The notes under the pieces: model-generated
Database searches by the model: none
Seen by the model: the letters and a program-made list of their open reading frames with translations, nothing else
What the model was told of the DNA's origin: nothing
Position numbers and translations under genes: made by a program
Assembly (NCBI GenBank): GCA_023301465.1
Contig: JALZUQ010000035.1
Coordinates: 320-64,319, forward strand
Direction: 5' to 3'
Length of the DNA stretch: 64,000 bases
Source: Oligoflexales bacterium
Lineage (GTDB): Bacteria; Bdellovibrionota_B; Oligoflexia; Oligoflexales; JALZUQ01
In this document: positions 48,232-58,328 of the stretch, in pieces
Numbering within the stretch: the stretch's first letter is position 1
Layout: each line of letters starts with the position of its first letter

Positions 48232-49608
48232 TTTTGCTTCTAATGCTGTTTTATTTGCTTTGATTATTTCGACATTCACACTTTGACCAATGATATCTCG
48301 GTTACTCACAACCTTCGTCAGTCGAAACTCATTCGTACGCCCATAGTAAGTGTTCTCATACTTATCTGAACGGTAAGTAACTAGCATTTCCGTTTGCTTC
48401 CCTACTTCGGCTTGATTCAATTCAGATGTAATTACATCTTGAATTTCGTTTAATTTTTGCAGTCTCTTCGTTTTAACCGATTCTTCTATTTGATTTCTAA
48501 ATCGTGCAGCTGCAGTATTTTTGCGTGAACTATACTTAAATGCATATACAAAACAATATCTCATTTTCTTAACAAGATCTAAAGTCTGTTGAAAATCCTC
48601 GTCAGACTCTCCTGGAAAACCAACGATCAAATCTGTAGAGATGGCAAAATCAGGCTTTACAGAGCGTATCCAATCAACACGCTCATAGTATTCGGCAACT
48701 GTCACTTTTCTTTTCATGGATTTTAAAATGGTATCTGAACCAGATTGAACTGGTAAATGTAAATAATTTCCAAGCTTGGGCTCAGATAAAAATAAATCGG
48801 CAAGCTCACGACTGAAATCATGTGGGTTAGAAGTTGTAAAACGCAATTTATATAGATCATCTAACCCTGCAACTTGCTTTAAAAGATCAACGAATGGAGT
48901 TAATTTTGTATCCACGAGACCTTTTTCAAGTAAATCAAGACCATAGCTATTCACGTTTTGGCCAAGCAAGGTAATTTCTCTTGTTCCATGGGTCAAAAAT
49001 GCTTTTACCTCTTCTACAATCGTAGCAGGCATTTTTGATACTTCTTTTCCCCGAGTAAAAGGAACCACACAAAAAGTGCAGAAGTTGTTACAGCCTTGAG
49101 CAATATTAACAAATCTAGAGATAGAGTTCTTTCCGGCAATGGTTGGTTTTTCTTTTTTGAGTGCCGGATTTTGAATTGGCATTGCTTTTTGATCTTTATG
49201 AAATCCAACTGACATTTCAATTCTGTTGGATTTTATAGATTTATTGTAGAGGTCATGAATTTCAGAAATTTTTCCGGGACTTAAGATGATATCAATTCCT
49301 CGGTTTGCTTTGGCGAGACGCTTTGCCTCTGCTTGTGCAACACAACCTGTAACTGCAATTTTTAATTTAGGATTTTGTTTTTTGAGCTCATCTAGGCGGC
49401 CAAGTCTACTGAGTACTTTTTGAGTTGCTTTTTCTCGGATGTGACAAGTGTTTAAAATAATTAAATCTGCATCTGCTTCTGAATTAGCGGTTTTGAAGTT
49501 TTGATTCTGTAGAATAGAAATCATCTCTTCACTATCAGCAACGTTCATTTGACAACCCCAAGTCTCTACATGGAACTTAGGGGTAGAATTTGATACTAAT
49601 TCACTCAT
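48223..49608 (-). CDS. miaB: tRNA-2-methylthio-N6-isopentenyladenosine synthase MiaB
   Basis: TWGCQMNVADSE, NTCHIREKA, GCNNFCTFCVVP, HLPVQSGS, TRAM domain. Confidence 0.95.
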   Translation of the reverse strand: MSELVSNSTPKFHVETWGCQMNVADSEEMISILQNQNFKTANSEADADLIILNTCHIREKATQKVLSRLGRLDELKKQNPKLKIAVTGCVAQAEAKRLAKANRGIDIILSPGKISEIHDLYNKSIKSNRIEMSVGFHKDQKAMPIQNPALKKEKPTIAGKNSISRFVNIAQGCNNFCTFCVVPFTRGKEVSKMPATIVEEVKAFLTHGTREITLLGQNVNSYGLDLLEKGLVDTKLTPFVDLLKQVAGLDDLYKLRFTTSNPHDFSRELADLFLSEPKLGNYLHLPVQSGSDTILKSMKRKVTVAEYYERVDWIRSVKPDFAISTDLIVGFPGESDEDFQQTLDLVKKMRYCFVYAFKYSSRKNTAAARFRNQIEESVKTKRLQKLNEIQDVITSELNQAEVGKQTEMLVTYRSDKYENTYYGRTNEFRLTKVVSNRDIIGQSVNVEIIKANKTALEAKLI

Positions 49609-51149
49609 TTTTTTCTGTTCTTCTTTCTTGATTTTTTTGCGGCTTTTCTAGCCTTTTTAAGACGGTCTTTATCTATAGATCTTTTGGCAGGTTGCGGAGC
49701 ACCGCCCCCTCCCATTCCACCAAACAAATCACCTAATCCACCGAGACCACCACCAGCTCCACCCATAGATTGAGCTAGTTTTTTCATTTGGCCTAATTGT
49801 GACAATTGACCAAGGCCGGGAATTTTACTCATGAGGCCTTTGCCCATCATTCCCATCATTTTCTTCATGCCTTTGAACTTTTCTACTAGCTCAAAAACAT
49901 CTTTGTCTTTTCTGCCGGCACCCTTAGAAATACGATTGATACGGCTATTGTTTAAAACCGCAGGCTTTAAACGCTCTTGCTCAGTCATGGAATCAATAAT
50001 ACTTTTGATACGCACCAGTTCTTTATCGTCAAAATCTGCGTTCTCAGGGATCATATTTTGAAAAGGCAACTTTGCAGCAACGTCTTTTAATGAACCCATT
50101 TTTTGAATCATGCTGATCTGTTTATAAAAGTCTTTAAAGTTAAACTCACCTTGAAGCATTTTCATGGCATCTTGTTCTTGATCTTTGTCTGCAACTTTTT
50201 CGAAGTCTTGCATCAAACCAACAACATCACCAAAACCTAAGATTCGGCTAGCGAGACCTTCAGGTCTAAAGACCTCAATTTGTTTGAGGTCTTCCCCTAT
50301 ACCCAAGAACTTAATTGGCTTACCAGTTACTTCTCGAATACTAAGTGCAGCACCACCTCTGGCGTCACCATCAAGTTTCGTCATGATGAAACCATCAAGC
50401 TCTAACTGAGCGTTGAAAGCATCAGCAGTTGTCACTGCATCTTGTCCCATCATCGCATCAACCACTAATAGAACATGGTCCGGCTTTGTGGTTTCTTTGA
50501 CAAGTCTCAGCTCGTCCATCAACTCACTATCAATGGTCAAACGCCCTGCGGTATCAAACAAAACCGTATCGTGACCATGCTCATATGCATACTTCACTGC
50601 ATTCTGACAGATTTTATCAACGGGAGTATCAGCTTGATGAAATACCTCAACACCAATTCTATCACCTAAAACTTTTAGCTGGTTCACAGCAGCTGGCCTA
50701 TAAATATCTGCAGCTACCATTAATGGTTTGCGTTTTTTTTGTTCTTTAAAAAGCTTTGTGATTTTTGCAGTTGTAGTTGTTTTACCAGTACCCTGCAAAC
50801 CAACCATGAGAATAATTGTTGGTCGATTACTTACAAACTTAATACTTGCAGATTCTTCGTCTCCAAGTAAACCCTCTAAAGATTCTTTACATGAATTAAT
50901 AAAATGATCTTGCGGGGTCACTCTCATTTTTTCAGATTTTTTACCGGCACTTAACTTTACTTGTTCGCCCAAGCACTTTTCTTTGACAGAGCGAACGAAT
51001 TTTTTAACAACGGAATACTCAACATCAGCATCGAGCAAACTACTTCGAATTGCATCAATCGCCGGTTTGAGATTTGCTTCGTCAAGCGTGGTGACACCAG
51101 TCAGTCTTGACTTAGCCTGTTTAAACCCATTTGAAATTGAATCGAGCAT
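49605..51149 (-). CDS. ffh: Signal recognition particle protein
   Basis: GLQGTGKTTT, DIYRPAA, DTAGRL, TKLDGDARGG, M-domain. Confidence 0.97.
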   Translation of the reverse strand: MLDSISNGFKQAKSRLTGVTTLDEANLKPAIDAIRSSLLDADVEYSVVKKFVRSVKEKCLGEQVKLSAGKKSEKMRVTPQDHFINSCKESLEGLLGDEESASIKFVSNRPTIILMVGLQGTGKTTTTAKITKLFKEQKKRKPLMVAADIYRPAAVNQLKVLGDRIGVEVFHQADTPVDKICQNAVKYAYEHGHDTVLFDTAGRLTIDSELMDELRLVKETTKPDHVLLVVDAMMGQDAVTTADAFNAQLELDGFIMTKLDGDARGGAALSIREVTGKPIKFLGIGEDLKQIEVFRPEGLASRILGFGDVVGLMQDFEKVADKDQEQDAMKMLQGEFNFKDFYKQISMIQKMGSLKDVAAKLPFQNMIPENADFDDKELVRIKSIIDSMTEQERLKPAVLNNSRINRISKGAGRKDKDVFELVEKFKGMKKMMGMMGKGLMSKIPGLGQLSQLGQMKKLAQSMGGAGGGLGGLGDLFGGMGGGGAPQPAKRSIDKDRLKKARKAAKKSRKKNRKK

Positions 51150-51198
51150 ACTACTACCTGTGCAAGTTGAATCACAGGGCAGGTTAGTACAAAAAGCA

Positions 51199-52347
51199 CT
51201 ATAATTTAACCTTAAAAACCCTCTTTTTACGGTCCCAGAGGAGGTCTTTTTGTATTTTTTGAGATTTTATTGCAGGTTTGCCTAAATTTTGTGCTTTTTT
51301 GACTTGAACCCTTACCTTCCCAATGGGGAGGCGGATGTATTTTCCTCGGTTCATACTCACTTCAAACTCACCATCACTTGCAGCTAGACCCCACAATAAC
51401 TTTAAAGAATCTTTTACCGCCTCTGGAGAAACTCTTTCATGTTTACATCTTGGATGAAACATCCCTAAAGATTTTAAATACTCAACTTGTTGAGCATTCG
51501 GAGTTAGATATGGAAACTTACAGCCTCTTGCAAAACTTTTTGCTTCTAAGGGGATTTTCAAGAGAAACTCCGGAGCAGGGCTTACAGAAACAACGTAATC
51601 TTGTTTTTGTATCGGGCCTACAAGCTTAACGATTCCAAGGTGTGTGTTTTTTTTAATATAATTCACTAATAAATTTGCTTCAATTCCTATCAGACTAACA
51701 AAGTAAGACCTGATGCCTGAACCTTTATTACAAAACAAATCTTGGTTCGATTTTTCTTTCAATATTAAAGGGAGCTCTTTCGAGTCACTTGAACGAATTT
51801 GTATACATATCTCGTTAACAGATTTTTGATTTAATAAGTTTGTTTTTAATATCTGTTGACTCAGCGAAGTCATTCTACTCACACGGTAAGACTGACGTTT
51901 TAATGCGATCAAATTGGCGTTCAAACTCTTTTTAAAACCTTGGTTTATTTGAGTTGCTGTGCACACTAGGCCTCTTTTCTTTTCAATGCGAACCGAGCAA
52001 GCAGGTAATGCTTTTTTAATTCTACTCATAATAGTAGATAGTGCGTTTTCCTTTATTTTGAGCTGGTTTCCATCACAGAGACGATTAATGAATTTTTTGT
52101 CGTCTTTAAATTCTAGGCCAACATCATCAAATATTAATTCTGTAGAATTTTGTTTTTTTTGAAAATACAAATGGATAAAATCAGATTTTGATTGAGAGAA
52201 AAATAATGTAAAGGTTGCAAAACTTTTATCTTCACAAAAAGTTTCAGGAACTTTTCCTATCATGGTTTCAACTGAAACAATTTGAGCTGATTTAGCAAAT
52301 GTAAAATTTGTTAAAGTAAAAAAAAGAAAACAAAATCGAACAAGCAT
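51199..52347 (-). CDS. Hypothetical exported protein
   Basis: Signal peptide; several Cys; 382 aa. Confidence 0.55.
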   Translation of the reverse strand: MLVRFCFLFFTLTNFTFAKSAQIVSVETMIGKVPETFCEDKSFATFTLFFSQSKSDFIHLYFQKKQNSTELIFDDVGLEFKDDKKFINRLCDGNQLKIKENALSTIMSRIKKALPACSVRIEKKRGLVCTATQINQGFKKSLNANLIALKRQSYRVSRMTSLSQQILKTNLLNQKSVNEICIQIRSSDSKELPLILKEKSNQDLFCNKGSGIRSYFVSLIGIEANLLVNYIKKNTHLGIVKLVGPIQKQDYVVSVSPAPEFLLKIPLEAKSFARGCKFPYLTPNAQQVEYLKSLGMFHPRCKHERVSPEAVKDSLKLLWGLAASDGEFEVSMNRGKYIRLPIGKVRVQVKKAQNLGKPAIKSQKIQKDLLWDRKKRVFKVKL

Positions 52348-52351
52348 TGGT

Positions 52352-52774
52352 TTATTGTTCTTTAACTTGAAAAGCTAACTCTACGGACTCAAAATATAAA
52401 TTGTTTTTATTTTTTACAAGCTTCCACTTGAGTGGCTTACAATCAATAAGCCTTGTGGACTCAACAACTCTACCGCTCGTATCTTTTTTAATGAGAGTAA
52501 CTTTTGAGTTTGCTAAAGAGGATTGATCTGAAGTTGATTTTGCCCAATGATAAAGAGATGCTTGATCATCAGAGTACTTTTGAAGTTCAACGGTTTTTTG
52601 TTGTTCTCCAATATACTCAACATCTTGATCATTGATGAGACGTCCATATGGAATACCATCAATTTCTAAATGATACTCCATTTGTACTGGTTGGAAATTT
52701 GCGAACATCACAAAAGAACCCAAAGACAAAACTAGGGCCGCAGCAATTCCAACTTTTAAAATAAAACTTTTCAT
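52352..52774 (-). CDS. Tail-tube-like (T4 gp19/Afp1-like) protein with N-terminal signal/TM segment
   Basis: YHLEIDGI, VELQK, LYHWAK, VTLIKKDTSGRVV, L.DCKPLKW, FESVELAFQ; leader MKSFILKVGIAAALVLSLGSFVMFA. Confidence 0.55.
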   Translation of the reverse strand: MKSFILKVGIAAALVLSLGSFVMFANFQPVQMEYHLEIDGIPYGRLINDQDVEYIGEQQKTVELQKYSDDQASLYHWAKSTSDQSSLANSKVTLIKKDTSGRVVESTRLIDCKPLKWKLVKNKNNLYFESVELAFQVKEQ

Positions 52775-52860
52775 TCTTATCTCGATAGTACCAACTAAGT
52801 CTATAAAAAACAACGACTTACTTGATTTCACAAATGAGAAGTTTGTAAGAGTTCTTAGGG

Positions 52861-53235
52861 TTATATTCGAGCGATTGCTTCTATTTCTACAAGAACATCT
52901 TTTGGTAATCTTGCGACTTCAACACATGCTCTCGCCGGATATGGTTTTTGAAGATAACTTGCATAAACCTCGTTGACTGCACCAAAGTCCTTTAAGTCTT
53001 TTAAGAAAATTCCCATCTTCACGACATTTTTGAAAGAACCGCCTGCCGCTTCTAAAACAGCAGCAAGGTTTTTCATGACTTGCTCAGTTTGTTCGGTGGC
53101 ATTATTACCAACGATTTCACCTGACTTCGGGCAAAGTGGCACCTGCCCTGATAGAAAAAGCATATCGCCAGTCAAAATACTTTGAGAATATGGCCCAACC
53201 GCAGCTGGGGCATTACTTGTTTCAATGGGTTTCAT
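52861..53235 (-). CDS. ridA: RidA family enamine/imine deaminase
   Basis: APAAVGPYSQ, LSGQ, PARACVEVARLPKDVLVEIE. Confidence 0.95.
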   Translation of the reverse strand: MKPIETSNAPAAVGPYSQSILTGDMLFLSGQVPLCPKSGEIVGNNATEQTEQVMKNLAAVLEAAGGSFKNVVKMGIFLKDLKDFGAVNEVYASYLQKPYPARACVEVARLPKDVLVEIEAIARI

Positions 53236-54124
53236 GATTAAGTTCCTCTATTTCTTGTTTAATGGATGAAAGTATAGGCTTCACAGAAAGCGGATGTCCA
53301 GATTTTTCTAGAGCTTCATAATATTTCTTAGAGACGGCCACGTCTTGTAACGCAAGCCCAGCCTGGCATGCATGAAGAAGGATCTGCCAATTGATATACT
53401 GTAGCTTGTTTTGAGCCTGCCATATGATCTTCAACATTTTATCAAATTCACCTTGTTGCCCAAGTTGCCCCGTTAGCTCAATGATCAGCTCATTGTCGTA
53501 ATTGCCTTGCTGGAAATACGACATCAACAATTCAACTTTTGTTGATGTTTCAGATTCCTTGAGGTTTAAAACCAAAAGTTTGCCCATCCAAGAATCAAGT
53601 TGTTTTGCAGATATCTCTATCTCATCAAGTTCCATCGCGTTTTGTTGGTGAACCTGTGCAATGACGGTCCAGGCTGTACCATGATCTTTATAAATTTCTA
53701 GTGCTCTCAAAGCATTCACCTTACTTGCTTTTAAATCGCCTTGCTTAAAATCAATCATGGCCAAGTTGGTAAAAACCGATGGCTCACCAATTTGTAATTT
53801 TTCAGCCATCTGATAATAAATCTTTGCTTGAGGTAGTTTTCCACAAAAGTGATAAGCGTTGCCCAGTGCAAGTAGTGCTCTTGGGTTTGATAAATCAAAC
53901 TCCGAAGACTTTGTATTCAAAATCACACAAGCTGCTTCTGCTTGATCCATGGCACAAAGCTCTTCGATAAGATCAACCTTTTGCTCTTTTGAAAGAGTAT
54001 CTAAAGCCAAAGACGGCCCTATTTCTGATAATTGGGCAACCGTCTGAGGTGAAAATTCTTGAATATTGTTTAATTTCAACATCTTAGAAACTGTTTGTGG
54101 CACTTGATATTCTGCTGAATTCAT
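53222..54124 (-). CDS. Tetratricopeptide repeat protein
   Basis: LGNAYHFCGKLPQAKIYY, FTNLAMIDFKQGDL; ATG 54124 with GGAGA RBS. Confidence 0.75.
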   Translation of the reverse strand: MNSAEYQVPQTVSKMLKLNNIQEFSPQTVAQLSEIGPSLALDTLSKEQKVDLIEELCAMDQAEAACVILNTKSSEFDLSNPRALLALGNAYHFCGKLPQAKIYYQMAEKLQIGEPSVFTNLAMIDFKQGDLKASKVNALRALEIYKDHGTAWTVIAQVHQQNAMELDEIEISAKQLDSWMGKLLVLNLKESETSTKVELLMSYFQQGNYDNELIIELTGQLGQQGEFDKMLKIIWQAQNKLQYINWQILLHACQAGLALQDVAVSKKYYEALEKSGHPLSVKPILSSIKQEIEELNHETH

Positions 54125-54226
54125 TGTAATTCTCCAATAGCTGCTTATTTGTACGTCATCCACATAAGATGGTCAATCCTCTAAGCTTAGAAACCAGATT
54201 CTATTTTCAAATAAGAAAGTCACTTC

Positions 54227-55117
54227 ATGAACCCAATTGATATAACCATCGCCAACTGCCCAAAAAAAGAACGGCTCGATATTGCCCTCACTGGCCAGCT
54301 ACCTGAAATGTCTAGAAGAAAAATTAGAAAAATCATCGACTCAGGTGGGTGCTACTTAAATAAGAAGCGTGTTCGTGTTGCCTCAAGATTAGTGTCAAAT
54401 GGAGACCAGCTAAAACTTTACCCTCCTAATATCAAAAAAAGAGTCATCGCACCGATGAGCAAAAAAGACCTCCTCTTTCAAAATGATGATTATTTCATTG
54501 TTTGCAAACCAAGATATTTACCCAGCCAAGCGACGAGGTCTGACTCAAAAGTGCATTTATGTGCTTGGGTCGCTGAGTACTTCCCAGAGTTCAAGTCCAA
54601 GCTCAAGCTTGTACATAGACTTGACATCGAAACAAGTGGCTTAATGATAGTTGCCTTAAATATAAAAACTCAAAAATATTTTTTCGAACTTTTTAAATCT
54701 AGAGAAATTCAAAAAGAGTATTATGCTTTATGTCACGGTAAAGTGTTTTGGAAATCTAAAAGTGTCGTCGACTACCTTAGTAAAATCTCTCAACATAGCG
54801 GTAAAGTAAGAATTCTCACATCAGACGATGGATTGTTTGCAAAAACCTACTTTGAGACCATTGACCAAAAAGGTGACTTCACTCTCATGAATTGCAAGCC
54901 CTCTACAGGAAGGTCTCATCAACTTCGCATTCAACTAGAAAATCAAAGCCTACCCATCGTTGGGGATAAAAAATACGGCAACGTCATACAAAATAAAAGT
55001 GCTGACTCCCTCTATTTACATGCAAAAAAACTCAGCTTTATAGATCCAGACCAAAAAGAACAAAGTTTTGAGATAGATGTACCCAGTTACTGGGACTTAA
55101 AAAAATACTTTGCTTAA
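54227..55117 (+). CDS. RluA/RluD family pseudouridine synthase
   Basis: S4 domain RLD..L, VHRLDIETSGL, TGRSHQLR, PIVGDKKYG, LHA. Confidence 0.93.
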   Translation: MNPIDITIANCPKKERLDIALTGQLPEMSRRKIRKIIDSGGCYLNKKRVRVASRLVSNGDQLKLYPPNIKKRVIAPMSKKDLLFQNDDYFIVCKPRYLPSQATRSDSKVHLCAWVAEYFPEFKSKLKLVHRLDIETSGLMIVALNIKTQKYFFELFKSREIQKEYYALCHGKVFWKSKSVVDYLSKISQHSGKVRILTSDDGLFAKTYFETIDQKGDFTLMNCKPSTGRSHQLRIQLENQSLPIVGDKKYGNVIQNKSADSLYLHAKKLSFIDPDQKEQSFEIDVPSYWDLKKYFA

Positions 55118-56286
55118 TGCTCTGCAGGAAGTAAAAACTCTTTTGCATCCTTTTTCAAGGTCCAATACAAATTAGAGAAAGTATAAATAGCCATTGCTAA
55201 AGTCATTCCAATCAATGCGTATTTCGGCTGCATAAACATCACTGATAATGCTGTGACACCAATACAAACTACAGAGTTTACGACATTATTTAAACGGTAC
55301 GTAGGAAAATAAACGAAATAGCTAAACTGTTTCCCAATATAAAAGAGCGTCATTCCAACAATTGCTTGAATCTGAAAATCAACAACACTGATCTTCGAAG
55401 TGATTGTTAATAAAATCAAGTTTGCAAGCATTGCTAACCCAACACAAAACGCAAAATGAGAATAAACCAGAGCAAAGCCATGACCAAATTTTCTTGCTCT
55501 TTCTAAGTACGGAAAACTATCAAAGTATATCCACCAAATAAAACCAATCAATGTAAAGCCAGTAACAGTTGTCAATATACTCATGTTTTCCCATTGAGCC
55601 CCCCGCAGACCACCTACTAGTGCAATTATTGATTCACCTAACAAAATAATAGATAGTAAACCAATTCTTTCGACGAGGTGAGACTGATGTGCTCTCATAA
55701 TTTTTGAGTTTTTTGTTACAAAATAAACACCGATCATTTCACAAACAATAATTCCAACCAGAAAGTATGCTTTAAGATTTTCCTCTAAAAACATCGTTGG
55801 TACCGCAAGCAATGCACCTACTGTGATAACAACAACCATTCGTTTTGCAAAAGCTTGAAACTCGCCAGCTAAAGACGAGACATAAAAGTACTTTGCCGCT
55901 TGAATAAACCTAATAAAAGCATAAAAAATAACAAACCACTTGTATTTATAATGACCCAGAATATGATCACTAAAAACCGCAGCCATCAAGGTAAATAAGA
56001 GCATGATTGACAGTGTCACAAGCCTCATACCTCGTGTGTCCGTATCAAATTTATTTGAAAAACAAGTATGAGTAGACCAAATCCACCACAGTGGCGTAAA
56101 TGAAACAATAAATGCAACAATACTCCCCCACTCGATATGCCCTGAATGAGTATGGGCCAATATATGGGCTGAAGAGCCAATACCAGCAACAAAGACAAGG
56201 TCAAAGAACAGCTCCAACCATGTTGCGTGTCTATTTTTGTCGTAGTACTTTAACCGAGCGAAGTTTACTTTATCCACAGAATTCAC
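55114..56286 (-). CDS. Low temperature requirement protein A (LtrA) family
   Basis: ATWLELFFDLVFVA, HLVERIGLLSIILLGES, WWIYF. Confidence 0.9.
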   Translation of the reverse strand: MNSVDKVNFARLKYYDKNRHATWLELFFDLVFVAGIGSSAHILAHTHSGHIEWGSIVAFIVSFTPLWWIWSTHTCFSNKFDTDTRGMRLVTLSIMLLFTLMAAVFSDHILGHYKYKWFVIFYAFIRFIQAAKYFYVSSLAGEFQAFAKRMVVVITVGALLAVPTMFLEENLKAYFLVGIIVCEMIGVYFVTKNSKIMRAHQSHLVERIGLLSIILLGESIIALVGGLRGAQWENMSILTTVTGFTLIGFIWWIYFDSFPYLERARKFGHGFALVYSHFAFCVGLAMLANLILLTITSKISVVDFQIQAIVGMTLFYIGKQFSYFVYFPTYRLNNVVNSVVCIGVTALSVMFMQPKYALIGMTLAMAIYTFSNLYWTLKKDAKEFLLPAEH

Positions 56287-58328
56287 CTATCTATTGCATC
56301 TTGAGGCACACGAATCTCAATACGTACCTGACCAGTGTGTTTGAATTCCCTTGATATAAAACACAACTCACCTACAGATAAGTATTTCGTACTCTTAGAT
56401 ACAACTACATTGCCATCGCAGTCAATATTACTCCATTGCCACATCTCTAAAAACTCATCAGCACTCTTCCAGACTAATGAGTCTTCATCAAGCTGCTCCG
56501 TTTGATACGAAAGAGTCAAAAAGTCTGAGGTGTTTTTCATTAATAAATTAGTCGTAAGCTGAGAGTCATACAATGCACTTAACTCTAGATCACATGCGTA
56601 AATAATTTTACCTCGAAACTTATCATCAATATCGAATTCTTTATCTAAAGTGATCAAATTATCTTGTTGAGGCGAGTTCTTTGCACTGCTACTAGCAGAA
56701 CAAATCATTTTTATTCCTTGACGAGCACTTTCATAAACAAAGAAACGATCCGTTCCATTTACCTTCAAGTCACTAGCAGCATATGAGTCAATCATTTTTT
56801 TTGTGTTTTTTTGATGACGTAATTTTATATGAAATACTCCATCATCATCGTAATAATAAGAATTTTCTCTTTTGCCTTCTAAGTTAGGTAAAATAATCTC
56901 ATTAGGTTCTCGATCACTCATCACCTCACCATCTTCGGTGAAAGTCACACTATCCCCGCGGAGAAGTGGGATCGTATCACCGTGTTGAGTGAGATATCCA
57001 AGCTTAGATCGTTGACAAATGTTAGCTGTAGTAATTTGACCGTTAGCATAAAATTTTGATGTAGATTTCTGAGAAATATCACAAAGACAAACAGACTGCC
57101 TACAGCTTTCGGTTCTATCAAATAAACTCTCAATCTGAGCTTCTTTCACAACACCGGTTTCATGAAATTCAACGGCTGACTTTTGACGAATACTTTTCGC
57201 AAACATCACCACACCTAACTCACTATGGCATACAGGCACAAAATCTTGGCCCACAAAGGAAGGGAGAATTTCTACATACCTATCAGACTCAGCAACAAGT
57301 TTCAAAACGACACCGCTATCAGAAAAAGTAACGATAGTATCTTGATTTAAATAACCAGAACATTGCCTTGATACTCCTTTGATAAATTGAAGAGAATGCT
57401 CTTGATCACTTCGATCTTGTTTTTTTAGATGCAAAATGATGTTTGTGCCTTGTCTTTCAATAACCTGCCTTGATAATAAGTACTCTGAACCAAAAATTTT
57501 TATTTTTGGATTTTTTTCATTACTGGCATCATTTGCAGTCAAAAATCCATATTTTACGTAGCCATTTTCACCATAAAGGGTCTGACTGGTTCGGTATAAT
57601 TCTCCAGCTATTTTTAACACACCTGGAAAACGTATCTCATCAATTAAACTTGTGTATGTCTCATGGTTTATACTTTCAAATTTTTTAGAAAAAAGTTCTC
57701 CAGTAAAGTATCTAATTCTAGGAGATGTTGTAATTCCGTACTCTAAAACTTCGCGGTAAACAATCTCATGAATAATGACGCCTGCTTGGTGCAAGGGATT
57801 CAGTTTTTTCCAATGTGATTCATCTATATTATATCGACCTTTGCCAGACGACCGACCTTTTTGAGACAGAAGCAATTTTTCTGGTAATTGCTGTACAAGT
57901 TGAACTAACTTACAATCACTACCCGGCAATTCTAGAGGGCCATTGTCTGGTATTTCAGGTAAATGAGCATTGGTTAAATAGAGAGTTTCTGAATCAAACT
58001 CATCAAGGTAGTTGCTATATATTTCATATCGAACCCTGTCGACACTTTTTAATTTCTCAATGATTTTTTTTGCAATAGAAAACGGATTGCTTTCTTCGAA
58101 AGACCTAATTTCTAAACCTCTTTTTTGCATTTCAAAAAAATCTAGAAAACCAAAATTTTGTCCACCAAGTAATTGGTAACCAGAATCACATTGTATTCCA
58201 TCTGCTCCATTTCCAATAACAAAGGTTCCATTTTTTTCTTTGTCACCCTTCTCACTTGGTGCAAGAGTGCTTGTCTCTGCACAAGCAATCATAAAACACC
58301 AGATCAATACATATTTAATTGTTTTCAT
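56283..58328 (-). CDS. Large hypothetical lipoprotein
   Basis: MIAC lipobox; IGNGADG, W..L...QAG.IIHEIVYR, RYF; overlaps upstream regulator. Confidence 0.6.
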   Translation of the reverse strand: MKTIKYVLIWCFMIACAETSTLAPSEKGDKEKNGTFVIGNGADGIQCDSGYQLLGGQNFGFLDFFEMQKRGLEIRSFEESNPFSIAKKIIEKLKSVDRVRYEIYSNYLDEFDSETLYLTNAHLPEIPDNGPLELPGSDCKLVQLVQQLPEKLLLSQKGRSSGKGRYNIDESHWKKLNPLHQAGVIIHEIVYREVLEYGITTSPRIRYFTGELFSKKFESINHETYTSLIDEIRFPGVLKIAGELYRTSQTLYGENGYVKYGFLTANDASNEKNPKIKIFGSEYLLSRQVIERQGTNIILHLKKQDRSDQEHSLQFIKGVSRQCSGYLNQDTIVTFSDSGVVLKLVAESDRYVEILPSFVGQDFVPVCHSELGVVMFAKSIRQKSAVEFHETGVVKEAQIESLFDRTESCRQSVCLCDISQKSTSKFYANGQITTANICQRSKLGYLTQHGDTIPLLRGDSVTFTEDGEVMSDREPNEIILPNLEGKRENSYYYDDDGVFHIKLRHQKNTKKMIDSYAASDLKVNGTDRFFVYESARQGIKMICSASSSAKNSPQQDNLITLDKEFDIDDKFRGKIIYACDLELSALYDSQLTTNLLMKNTSDFLTLSYQTEQLDEDSLVWKSADEFLEMWQWSNIDCDGNVVVSKSTKYLSVGELCFISREFKHTGQVRIEIRVPQDAIDR

